Source of the DNA: Octopus sinensis
Lineage: Eukaryota
Length of the DNA: 64,000 nucleotides
Reading direction: 5' to 3'
NCBI RefSeq assembly: GCF_006345805.1
Contig: NC_042999.1
Coordinates: 43,462,001 to 43,526,000, forward strand
Made by a program: the position numbers and the translations under genes. Below the pieces are notes generated by a model. That model was not told the origin of the DNA and made no database searches. It was given only the letters and a program-made list of their open reading frames with translations. Shown piece by piece: positions 41,309 through 52,497 of this stretch (position 1 is the first letter of the stretch; the number at the start of each line of letters is the position of its first letter).

Positions 41309-41419
41309 TCCTCCTTCTCTCTTTCTTTTCCTGAGCGTCCAATAACACTATATTTGTTCCACGTCCTCGCGTTGTTGTGTTTTCTCTTTGTGTTTTCATG
41401 TTTAGATTAACTACATATA

Positions 41420-41456
<37 letters not shown>

Positions 41457-41722
41457 TATATATATATACATATAGGTTCATTGATGACTGTGTGGTGAAG
41501 TTTGCCTCCCAACCACATGGCTTTGCATTCAATCCCACTGTGTGATACATTGGGGCAAATGCCTTCTATAGCACTGACTATCCAAAAGCCTTGTGTATAG
41601 ATTTGGGAGATGGAAAAATATGTGTATATATACACACACACACACACATGTGCACATATAGACACATAGATTGATGTTGTGTGTGTGTATATATATATAT
41701 ATGTATGTATGTATGTATATAT

Positions 41723-41804
<82 letters not shown>

Positions 41805-42004
41805 CTTTATTTAAAGCAGCAGAAATTCAACAAAACCTGTTACTCTGAGTTTCACGTTGCCGTTCATCGGACAGTTTTTGCAACGTGAAACTCAGAGTAA
41901 CAGGTTTTGTTGAATTTTCTGCTGCTTTAAATAAAGCATATTACTCTACCACTGGTATTTGAGTACTCTTTTTTCCACCTTGTTTCACATTTATGTGTTC
42001 ACTC
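41805..42004 (-). mobile_element. Penelope-like non-autonomous insert with inverted terminal duplication (arms 41805-41860 and 41880-41936)
   Basis: 56-57-bp near-perfect inverted repeat, ribozyme in the left arm, inserted in (AT)n. Confidence 0.7.
41837..41874 (-). ncRNA. Minimal type I hammerhead ribozyme (U4 to C variant)
   Basis: CUGU CCGAUGA ACG-GCAA-CGU GAAA CUC-A-GAG U A / ACAG: stems I-III all pair; GUA cleavage triplet. Confidence 0.8.
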
Positions 42005-42201
42005 CGGTTAGGGCAGCGGACTTGCGGTCGGAGGATCGCGGTTTCGATTCCCAGACCGGGCGTTGTGTGTGTTATATTGAGCGAAAACACCTAAAAGCTC
42101 CACGAGGCTCCGGCAGGGGATGGTGGTGATCCCTGCTGTACTCTTTCACCACTCTAAAGGCGGTGCTCCAGCATGGCCGCAGTCAAATGACTGAAACAAG
42201 T
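42005..42201 (+). mobile_element. SINE-B 5' portion joined to a SINE-A 3' tail
   Basis: SINE-B sequence to CACCACTCT (about 42155), then AAAGGCGGTGCTCCAGC...GAAACAAGT. Confidence 0.7.
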
Positions 42202-42205
42202 ACAA

Positions 42206-42248
<43 letters not shown>

Positions 42249-42342
42249 GTGAATTAAAGAAATGGAGCTGAACGCAGATTGAACAGAAATCGTTTAAACT
42301 TTTGATTAATCTACTACAAGATTATTCATCTTTTTATTTCAC

Positions 42343-42388
<46 letters not shown>

Positions 42389-42985
42389 CATACATATATA
42401 TATACATATATATATACATATATACATACATATATATACATATATATATATATATATACATATATACACACACACAAACACACACATACACACACAGAAT
42501 AAAAACAAAATGATCAAAGGTGAACAGTTGCTATCTTGAAACATGGACGTTTAAAATTGGATACAAAAAAATAACCAAGGCATTTAAAAGAAGATAATTA
42601 AAATGTAAATGTTTTTTCAGGCTTAAGTCTGTCTTCTAGAACATTCCTGCTTAAAGGAAATAAGAATAATGCAGAAAACAGTAAAAAGCAATTGTAATTT
42701 TCTCTGGTTGAGACATAGCAATACAATTTCTTTCACAGATGTTTAACATCTCCTGCTTGCAATGTTATCTTGTCATTCTATGGAATAGAGCATAAGCAAA
42801 AATCAAAGACTAAGTTTTCACCAGAGCTTTTCAACCAAAGTCTGTGAACAAGTCTAGAATTAGTTCAGTCGTCTACCATAGGAACCAGCAATTTCTTTTG
42901 ATTTTTGTGAAATTAGATCCAAGGTCCATATGTATGATACATCATATCTCACATTTAGAAATATCCTTGAAACGCGCTCTCTCTC

Positions 42986-43394
42986 TCTTTACTCTCTTTT
43001 ACTCTTTTACTTGTTTCAGTAATTTGACTGTGGCCATGCTGGAGCACCGCCTTTAATCAAGCAACTCGACCTCAGGACTTATTCTTTGTAAGCCTAATAT
43101 TTATTCTATCAGGCTCTTTTGCCAAACTGTTAAGTTACAGTGGCATAAACACACCAGCATTGGTTGTCAAGCAATGCTAGGGGGACAAACACAGACACAC
43201 AAACATACATGCACATATATATATAAACATATATACAACGGGCTTCTTTCAGTTTCCGTCTACCAAATCCACTCACAAGGCTTTGGTCGGCCCGAGGCTA
43301 TAGTAGAAGTCACTTGCCCAAGGTGCCACACAGTGGGACTGAATCCGGAACCATGTGGTTGGTAAGAAAAACTACTTACCACACAGCCACTCCT
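42986..43394 (-). mobile_element. SINE-A, full length
   Basis: Head, core and tail all present. Confidence 0.9.
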
Positions 43395-43886
43395 GCGCAC
43401 TGTATACAATAATTTCATTATTATTATTTTTTCATATATCCCACAACCCCAAAGACAATGTTTATGTCTTCTATCTTTTATCTTTCACTTGTTTCAGCCA
43501 TTGCACCATGGCCATACTGGGGCACAACCTTAACGGGTTTAATTGAACAAATCAAGCACACTACTTTTTTTTTTTAAATCAGGTTTCTTTTGCCAACCCA
43601 CTCACATCCAGGGATTTAAACAAACCAATACTGGTTGTCAAGTGGTGGGAGGGGGACAAACACAACAACACACAAATATATATATAGATATATAAATACA
43701 GACAGGTGTGGCTGTGTGGTAAGAAGCTAGCTTCCCAACCACATAATTCTGGGTTCAATTCCACTGTGTGATACCTCGGGCAAGTGTCTTCTACTATAGT
43801 CTTGGGCCAACCAAAACCTTGTGAGTGGATTTGGTAGATGGAAAGTGAGAGAAGCCTGTCGTGTGTGTATATATATATATATATAT

Positions 43887-44304
43887 ATAAATGAAAGAAT
43901 GGAGTTGAACGACAATTTAACAAAATTCCTTTATTCTCAACATATTCCTTTATTCTCGCTATGGACTCCGTGTGGGCAGTTATCTAAAAGTTTTTGTTCA
44001 TCATGATGCTGACATAAGTTCCTTGTCTTTCCTGATGAGAAGGCAGCATAATGCACCCCTTATTCCTTCGAAATTAGGAATATGCAGTCTTCGAAACATA
44101 TGTCGAGAATAAAGGAATTTTGTTAAATCGTCGTTCAATTCCATTCTTTCATTTATTTGTATTAAAAAGAACACACAAATTTCCACACGAAGGCACGTGA
44201 TCTCTGCCCTTGGCATGTAGCTTCAACCGTGTTTTTCTGACGTGAATTTGCTACCCGGGTATTGGTTAACCAAATTATCCATACTAGGATAATTCATTCA
44301 ACTA

Positions 44305-44307
<3 letters not shown>
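43887..44307 (+). mobile_element. Penelope-like non-autonomous insert with inverted arm (43887-43945 vs 44098-44156)
   Basis: 59-bp inverted repeat flanking a hammerhead; (AT)n on both sides. Confidence 0.7.
44019..44117 (+). ncRNA. Type I hammerhead ribozyme with canonical core
   Basis: CUGAUGA 44032-38; stem II GAAGGC-A-GCAUA / UAUGC-A-GUCUUC; GAAA 44093-96; palindromic CAUAUG; GUC site at 44102-04; stem I of 4 bp + 3x3 internal loop + 6 bp. Confidence 0.85.
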
Positions 44308-44339
<32 letters not shown>

Positions 44340-44428
44340 GGAAAGCTTACGAAAATAAACAAAAGACGAAGGCAGGTGGTGTACAAACAAACAGATGTAT
44401 TAGTATAGCGCTCAAGAATAGAAAAAGT

Positions 44429-44464
44429 CTTTTACGTTTCAAGCCTATGCTCTTCTACAGAAAG
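44429..44464 (-). ncRNA. Minimal type I hammerhead-like motif (A6 to U, extra A after A9) in repeat 44337-44690
   Basis: CUUU CUGUAGA A GAGC-AUAG-GCUU GAAA CG U A / AAAG. Confidence 0.65.
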
Positions 44465-45132
44465 ATACACAGAAAAAGACAAGGAGAGAAAATAAATGTG
44501 TGTAGTAGCTAATGATCTATCATGGCATCTGACTTCGGACAGAATGGTCAGACGGGAGAAGGGAAGTAAGGGAGATAGCAAGGTCAAGATGATCTCCAAT
44601 ACAAAGGAGCCCCCAACACAAAGGTGCGTGTGTGTATAAGAGAGTATGTATGTGCGTGTGAAAGAGGGCTGATGTATGTATGTGTATGTCTGTGTTTGTC
44701 TCCCTGCCTGCCATCATCTGGCAACTGATGCTGGTGTGTTTATATGTCCCAGTAACTTAGGATAAGTAACAGGTAACTAAGAATGAGTCCTGATGTTGAT
44801 TTCTTCAACTAAAATCCTTTAAGGCTGTGCTCCAGCATGGCTGTAGTCAAATGACTGAAACAAGTAAAAGAATATATGTGTGACAGATCCACTCACAAGA
44901 CTTTGGTCAGCTCAAGGCTGTAGAAGAAAATACTTGCCTAAAGTGTTATACAGTGGGACTGAACCTGAAACTGCATGGTTGAGAAACAAATTTCTTACTA
45001 CTCAACCATGTCTAGGCCTAGCCAAAAATTTAACAAATCATGAAACAGAAGACTCCAAAAACCATGAACTATTAAATAACTCACAAACAGATTAAATTTG
45101 TTTTAAAAATTTTTTCAAAGTTCCAACGGCAT

Positions 45133-45558
45133 AGGAGTGGCTGTGTGGTAAGTAGCTTGCTTACCAGCCACATGGTTCTGAGTTCAGTCCCGCTGCATGG
45201 CACCTTGGGCAAGTGTCTTCTACTTTAGCCTCAGGCCGACCAATGCCTTGTGAGTGGATTTGGTAGACAAAAACTGAAAGAAGCCTGTCGTATATATGTA
45301 TATATATATATGTGTGTGTGTGTGTACATGTGTGTATATGTTTGTGTGTCTGTGTTTGTCCTTACAACATCGCTTGACAACCGATGGTGGTGTGTTTACG
45401 TCCCTGTAACTTAGCGGTTCGGCAAAAGAGACCGATGAAATAAGTTCTAGGCTTACAAAGAATAAGTCCTGGGGTCGATTTGCTCGACTAAAAGGCGGTG
45501 CTCCAGCACGGCTGCAGTCAAATGACTGAAACAAGTAGAAGAGTAAAAGAGTAAGAGT
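45133..45558 (+). mobile_element. SINE-A, full length
   Basis: Head, core and tail all present. Confidence 0.9.
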
Positions 45559-45700
45559 CCTCCACAGGGACCACATCAGTGATCCAATTGTGATCTGCAG
45601 CAAACCTGTAACTGGCTCTTGGTCAACACACTTCTCATTAGCCACATAATTCATCAGTCAAAAGACATTTTCATTAACAATTTGACTAAACTTAAATATA

Positions 45701-46155
45701 TATGAGGTGGTATCAAAAGGTTCCCAGACTAGTTATGTTTGATAAAAAAATAACTTATTTACCTAAGTTTTAACATCATCTTCTTTGAAATGGTCATCCT
45801 GTGCAACAATGCACTGGTCTAAGCATTCTTTTGGAATCTGACCAGAAAGTTGAGGACCTTCTGTGATTTGCACTGGATCTCGACAATGTTGTTAAAATAG
45901 TGACCTTTAAGCTGTATTTTCATCTTGAGGAAGAGAGGGAAGTCTGCAGGCACTAAATCTGGTGAATAGGGTGGATGTGAAAGCGATGCCAGGTTGTTTT
46001 TTGGTCAGAAGCTCACAAGTGAGGAGAGCTCAGTGACAGGGTGTATTGTTGTTGTGAAGAATCCAATCCATCGCCCTCCACAGATCTAGTCATTTTCGCC
46101 AAATGTTCTCCCTCAAACATTGCAAAACATCCCAGAAGAACTCGCAATGCACAAT
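45701..46155 (-). mobile_element. mariner transposon 3' end, decayed
   Basis: TIR-like TATGAGGTGGTATCAAAAGGTTCC; minus strand shows HHNNTPCH and a frameshifted HPPYSPDL-type region. Confidence 0.75.
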
Positions 46156-46470
46156 ACATACATACATACATACATACATACACACATACATACACACACA
46201 CACATGTATTTGTGTGTATGTAAATAAAGCAATATATGTATTGCTTTATTCTATATGTATATATATATATACATGGGTGTCTGGGTGTGCATGTGTAGGT
46301 ATAGACATGCGCGCTTACGCAAATACTATGAACATTTTTACCCCCTTACTTTTACTCCTCCCCTTACTTAGCGGTCATTCAAATAGCTCTTTTGTCTTAA
46401 TAACGGTCAATCACACAGTAATTTCCCTTTGTATAACGGTCATTTTCCATAGCATTTTTTCCAATGGCCA

Positions 46471-46531
46471 GATAACTGAAGAGATGGCGGCATGGATTTC
46501 CACCTCGGCATCTGAAACTCGGAGTTTTATC
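46471..46531 (+). ncRNA. Type I hammerhead-like motif with a one-base core deviation, in non-coding repeat about 46220-46640
   Basis: GAUAA CUGAAGA GAUG...CAUC U GAAA CUC-G-GAG U U / UUAUC: 5-bp stem I, GUU site. Confidence 0.7.
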
Positions 46532-47593
46532 ATGGCTACCGAATAATTGTCACACAGCACTTTTACAGATAAATACCTCTATTTACATAATATCGAGATC
46601 TCTTTCATTCTTTTGTTGTCTTACCATTTTTATCAATATATATATAAGCAAGCACATACATATACATCTCTTGCATGTGTGTGTGTAACATATATATGTA
46701 TATATATATATATATAAAGAGAGAGAGAGAGAGATGCACAAGCAAATAAGCAAGAAAATTCATAGATTGAGTATGTACGTATGTCGGTAGGTAGCCATAC
46801 AGAAGGAAAAGTAAACCAAAGAAGACATTGAAAAAAAAAACAAGAAAAGGAAATATATAGTGTGTTCCGTTAAGATTTAGTAGAATGTGATTAGTGAGAG
46901 GGAAAACAACTCAAGGGTAAAGGGTAGTCGAGGATATTAAATTACAGAAACCTGTAAATGTGGGGTAGTGGAGGCAATGCTAAAGAGAGTAAGTCTGGAG
47001 TGATAGTATATATTAGGTAGACACAATATAAATATATATGAATATTTGTTCTTATGTATGATTATGTTCATAAAACAGTCAAGTATTAGCTGAAGAATAA
47101 TTTTATCAAATATATTATTAAAAGAAAAATTTTGACAGATTTTTCAATGTTTGCCATTTGTTGTCTTTACCAGGTTATTAAAATGTTAAGATGCTTTGAT
47201 TTGCCACTAAGACACAGTATTAAACCACATCTATTCTGCAATCACTAGACTACACCCACAAGATGAACCATACCATGTAAAACAGCAAGACAGAACTTTA
47301 TATTCTGACAAAGCCAAGGAACAGTGAAACATTGAAGTCATGGTCAATATTTGTGTGTTTATTTATATGTATACATGCATGCATGCACGTATGTATATTT
47401 ATAAGGGCACCAGCCCTAGAAAATCTACCTGACCAAGTTCTAGCTGATCTACCTAAGCATAGAAAAATTGATGTTAAAATGATGATGGTGATGATAATGA
47501 TGATGATGATATATGTAAATAAAATCATGTTCAAGTTTAATCTTTTTAATAAGGATTTTCCATATTCCCTTATTAGTTCTTTATATTTAGTAC

Positions 47594-47951
47594 GAGCAAA
47601 ACGCCCCCCACCGTCCAATGGACAGTGCTAAGTTGTCAAACATTTAAACCAAATTTTCTCAAAACAACTTGTCCGACTGTCCCATAGGCCTCCCCTTTGA
47701 GAAACACTGATTTAACCTAAATTTGAGACACCAGCAAAAGAAGAAATAAAGATAGACTCTTTTTCTATTCCAAAGAATGCTTTATCAATCGCATTCTTAC
47801 CTGGAATCGATTTTTGTAATTTTTTCAAGACTTATACATGCTCTGATACCATCGGTATCTACATATCAAATTTGAGCACAATTGGATGGAGGATGCCCGA
47901 GATCCTAGAAGACACACACAGAGTCAGACAGAACGGATTTTATATAATAGA
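47594..47951 (-). mobile_element. Non-autonomous Helitron-like element
   Basis: Minus-strand start A-TCTATTATATAAAA; 3' hairpin ACTGTCCA-T-TGGACGGT then a degenerate CT(C)G end. Confidence 0.5.
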
Positions 47952-48112
47952 TGGAATAATATTTTTAAATCCAATAATCTATTGAAGTTTTGAAACTTGA
48001 AAATCACAATTTTTAAAATAAAGTGCTTTTAAAGGCATGTTGGTCACTTGTTCTACAGTAAGCCACAAAGAGTCTTGGGAATAACTTCATATCTGATAAA
48101 ATATTCTACTAA

Positions 48113-48398
48113 AATTTGGGCATTCCTTCGATATAACTCAACAAAATCAAAACATTTCACTTCGGCTATTTCCTTGGGTTGTGGAGTATAGATATAACGA
48201 AATTATGCCAGCAATGTCTAATTTTAAACTTGAAGAAAAAAGCCTTGCATATTTGTTCTTACCTGTTTTATGTGTGTATGTAAAATCTGCAAATTTCCAA
48301 GCAGAAAACAGAATCGAACTGTCATTTTGCTTCCACAGAAATACTCAAAGTGAAATGTTTTGATTTTGTCAAGTTATATCGAAAAAATGCCAAAATTT
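48113..48398. repeat. MITE/foldback with about 51-bp inverted arms
   Basis: TTCGATATAACTCAACAAAATCAAAACATTTCACTT vs AAGTGAAATGTTTTGATTTTGTCAAGTTATATCGAA. Confidence 0.75.
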
Positions 48399-48706
48399 GT
48401 TTTGTACCTTGCAAATACCTATGCTCCTATTTTGTTGTATGTGTGCCAATTCAACTGACTTTTGGTTTTGCTACTTTAATCCAATAGTCCTTTCTCCAAC
48501 CCTTTAGTTAACTTGTATGCTTACATCTGAAGTAATAAGGTAACTATTTTTTACTAATTAGTGTGGTTTTCTTCTATATTACCACATCCATTGGATTTTC
48601 TACTAATATGTGCATAATCCTCATTCAAGATAACTGAAAACAGACCACATTGAAGTGAAGACAGTAGCATCAAAAAGTGTTGTAAAGAGATTACATTGGT
48701 CATTAA

Positions 48707-48928
48707 CCCTTTTGATACTAACCCGGCCAAAACCGCCTCTGGCTCTGTAGTACAAATGGCTTGTTTTCATAAGTTTTGAATTAAAATCTTCCACCAAACC
48801 TTAGTCACAATTTATGTTCCTAAAACCAGCTTAATGATAACTAAGTTATTTTACTAAATTCTTTATTATATTTAAAATTAATTGAAAGAAACACAGAACA
48901 TTTCAAAATAAATACAGTAACAAAAGGG
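48707..48928. mobile_element. piggyBac-like MITE (second family)
   Basis: TTAA-CCCTTTTG ... CAAAAGGG-TTAA. Confidence 0.8.
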
Positions 48929-49259
48929 TTAAACTTGATGTTTTACAAGGGTTTGATATGGTAGAAAAATCAACTATATTGCAAAAACATCGAATATTTG
49001 CTACAACCACCAAGATCTGCCCCCGTGGGAACAATATATCAAAATGGGAACAATATATCAAAAAACGATAAAATATGCCAAGTGCTTGAACAGCTATTTT
49101 GTCAAATGCTTGTATATTGTTTTTTCATGGATTTGAAGTGATGCTTAAAGTGGACTGACTCTTGAGTAATTGAATTGATGATCAGAGTGGATGTATAGCA
49201 CTGATAAACACACTGATTGTTCAAAAGAAAGCTTAAAAGTTTGATGATGATTTAGAAAA

Positions 49260-49505
49260 TGTGGAAGGTGCAACTTCTGGTGTGGAATCTTCTTTCGCTA
49301 GTAAAGATTGGTTCACAAGTTTAAGAATAACCTTAATTTGTGCATCATGAGAAATATTGGTGGAACTGCGAGTGATGATATAAAGTTTTGTGGACACTTA
49401 TCATGAGGAACTGAAGAAAATTATTGCTGAAGGGGGCTATACACCAGAACAAATATACAATGTTGATGAAACTGGGCTTTTCTGAAAGTGCATGTTTACA
49501 AGGCA
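49260..49505 (+). mobile_element. Tigger transposase fragment
   Basis: FASKDWF and EELKKIIAEGGYTPEQIYNVDETGLF. Confidence 0.8.
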
Positions 49506-49519
49506 CAAAAGTAGTATTC

Positions 49520-50215
49520 AGCTATCCATCCATCCATTCTTTTCCATATATGTGAACAGACACTGCTGGGTAAGTTTTCTTTGGGCATTGTTTTCCTTTA
49601 AAAAATAACATCAACAGTACCTTTGTCCTATCAGCTGAACAGGCATGCATCACTGCATAATGTGATTTTTGGTGCCCAGTAGTCTTCACAGTAATGGTTT
49701 TGGTACTTTTTGTATCAGTTGTTTTACTGCTTGCAGAATCAAATATTAATGAAGTTTCATCTATACTTGCTCTTTTAGACAATTCAAATGAAACTTCTTT
49801 TCATAACTGCAAAGTTTGCTTCTGAAAAGCACAAATTTTAACTGCAAACTCATTGGACATTCTTTGAGCAGTTTTGTTTCTTATAACTAGGCTTTTGTGT
49901 TTCATGAACTGATAACACCATGATGTATGGTTAGTAAAATCTTTCTAAATTATTATCGCATGCAATCCTCTTCGTTTCAAAAATTATTATATAGTCCTTG
50001 CCTTCTTTGATCCAAAACACATTCATAGTTTATTTTCAAGACCTTGCCATTTTGCTTTTTACTCCCAGAAACTGCATTTGTCACTTTTAATTATTATCAG
50101 TTTTTCTTCACAATCAAGCTAACAATAAGTGATATTTTCCTAATGATGGTGGAGTAAGATGTCCTTCAGCAGCTCTATTTCCATGTGTCTTTTTATTTTT
50201 GTTTTTTGGCATAAT
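49520..50215 (-). mobile_element. pogo-family transposase relic
   Basis: SIDETSLIFD...TITVKTTGHQKSHYAVMHACSADRTK...EWMD; upstream WCYQFMKHKSL; multiple stops. Confidence 0.8.
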
Positions 50216-50807
50216 TAGTTACATTAAATTTGAATTTAGGTGTGTATGACAGTTTCCTTTCTTAAAACATTGTGAGGAAACGAGAAAAAAATAGAATGAA
50301 AAAGGAAGGTAAAAAAGCTATTTTGGTCCCTATGCCTATGAAACAGTTCTTAGCTATGCACCCAACTTGATGGTGAGCATGTGCCCAACTATCAAATAGC
50401 CAATAAAAATTGTAAACTGACGAGGTAATTGCCAAAGCTAATTGCATTAAGCACTTTGATTGGTTAACCGCATTGCACATTTGAAATCTGAGGCAAGCAC
50501 TCAAAGATGATATTTCATTTGTTAAAATGTTAGGCCTGAAATTCTTCAAAGATAAAAGCAGTCTTATTCTACACTGCATTAAACAGTAGCTGCTATGTAT
50601 TTACTAGCTCTATCACTCTCAAGCATTACTATAATTTACTTATTTTTATATTGTTTAGGCTGTATTATAAAGAGCCATGTTTTTAAAAGAGAAACACTAC
50701 TACTGTTATAAATAACACCTTCAAACAAACTATAGTACGCACTTTTATTTGAATATATTTACACATGGCTTTTGCATATCATACATAATAAATGTGCCCT
50801 TTTAAAG

Positions 50808-51038
50808 TCTAGCCAGGCTCATGGGCCCGGTTTCCCGGTTTCAATGGTGTATGCGTTCCCCAGCTGGACGGGACACCAGTCCATCGCAGCGTTACTCACT
50901 TTTGCCAGCTGAGTGGACTGGAGCAACGTGAAATGAAGTGTTTTGCTCAAGAACACAACACGTCGCCCAGTCCAGGAATCGAAACCACAATCTTACGATC
51001 ATGATGCTGGCACCCTAACCACTAAGCCACATGCCTCC
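50808..51038 (-). mobile_element. SINE-B/C-related copy
   Basis: SINE-C-like head and core with a SINE-B-like 3' end. Confidence 0.7.
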
Positions 51039-51498
51039 ATGCATATACATACATATATTTATATCTTCAGTGTATAGAACACAAGACAGGTTTTGACATA
51101 AGTTTTGGAGTATATCTTATACACTGAAGAATATGGTATATCAGCACTGTTAAATGCTCCCATCAGGTGTTTTACAACAGCCTTAAGACCAGTAAATCAG
51201 ATGTGATGCTGTTAGGCCTCCAGCGACAAAGCACTGAAGTCATAATGTTCCATCCAACCATTTCAGATGATTACTCTATTTCATTCTCCATTTCTGGTAT
51301 GAAACAATTTGGTAATTTGGCAATCTTGAGACTATAATACAATATGTAATTAGTAAAAATATACATCCTCTGTTACCTAATATATTAGTGCCTGTTTCTT
51401 CTGACTCATGGATTTTTAGGCTACTACATACATATGCAAATGCACGCACACACACACGTGCGCGCATGCAGACACACACACACACGTGCGCGCGTGCA

Positions 51499-51547
<49 letters not shown>

Positions 51548-51603
51548 CATATATGAAACTCTCAGCCCTTGAGTTACTTTTGTTACTTTTTGCTGATTCA
51601 AAA

Positions 51604-51975
51604 TCTCTAGATATATAAAGCTGAAGTTGTCTGTGTATGGTAGGTTTAGTAGCCTTCAACTAACACTATCTCCTCCAAGACCCTGCAGCACAAGTTGACC
51701 AAAACTGAGAGTATGATAGAAGAAAGCTTGCTCTTCCTTCCGTAGAAGAAAAAATTTAAATTGGACCATTTTAACACCAAAAATTATTTACATCAAAAAG
51801 ATGCTTTTTTTTCTATGAAAATCCCTATTTTTTACAATTTTTTGACTGCTGTGTCACCAGAAAAATGTTCACTTAAAGAGAATAACAAGCTACATAATGC
51901 AAAATTTTTACTTTTCAAAAATTCCAATTCTAAAGGGCCGAAACAAACCCGAGCAACGCCGGGCGATACTGCTAG
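51604..51975 (+). mobile_element. Non-autonomous Helitron
   Basis: Starts A-TC; 3' hairpin CCCG-AGCAACGC-CGGG (51948-51963), then CTAG (51972-75) followed by T. Confidence 0.8.
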
Positions 51976-52283
51976 TTAAAGACAAAAAGTATATACACAT
52001 ATATTGAGTTCTGGTCTTCCTTTTGTTCTATGAAACACAGAAACACACACACATACACACACATAGATATTTGCTTTTATGTTCCTTATAATAAAAATAA
52101 TTTTACATTAATCTGATGGGTTACTCTATAATTCTGTAGAGTTTAAATTTATTAATTTTAAACAAGAGTGCTGTCAACAGTGACTTCGAAATTTCAGCCT
52201 GCTAAACCATTGTCAGACAATGGCTTAACTGGCTGAAACTTCGCACTCACTATCAACAACATTCTTGTTTAAGAATAATATAT

Positions 52284-52356
<73 letters not shown>

Positions 52357-52377
52357 TATATACATACATATATATAT

Positions 52378-52437
<60 letters not shown>

Positions 52438-52444
52438 TATATAC

Positions 52445-52485
<41 letters not shown>

Positions 52486-52497
52486 ATAATACACATA

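Larger units (their letters stand above)
43704..44872 (+). mobile_element. SINE-A whose internal (AT)n holds two nested ribozyme-bearing inserts
   Basis: Head 43704-43865, inserts 43887-44307 and 44337-44680, 3' half resumes about 44685-44872. Confidence 0.7.

Noticed and set aside
51061-51135. Short inverted repeats (TCTTCAGTGTATA pair; also a 14-bp AAATATTTAACATG pair near 25104-25200)
   Set aside because: Too short and AT-rich to interpret; probably MITE remnants or chance
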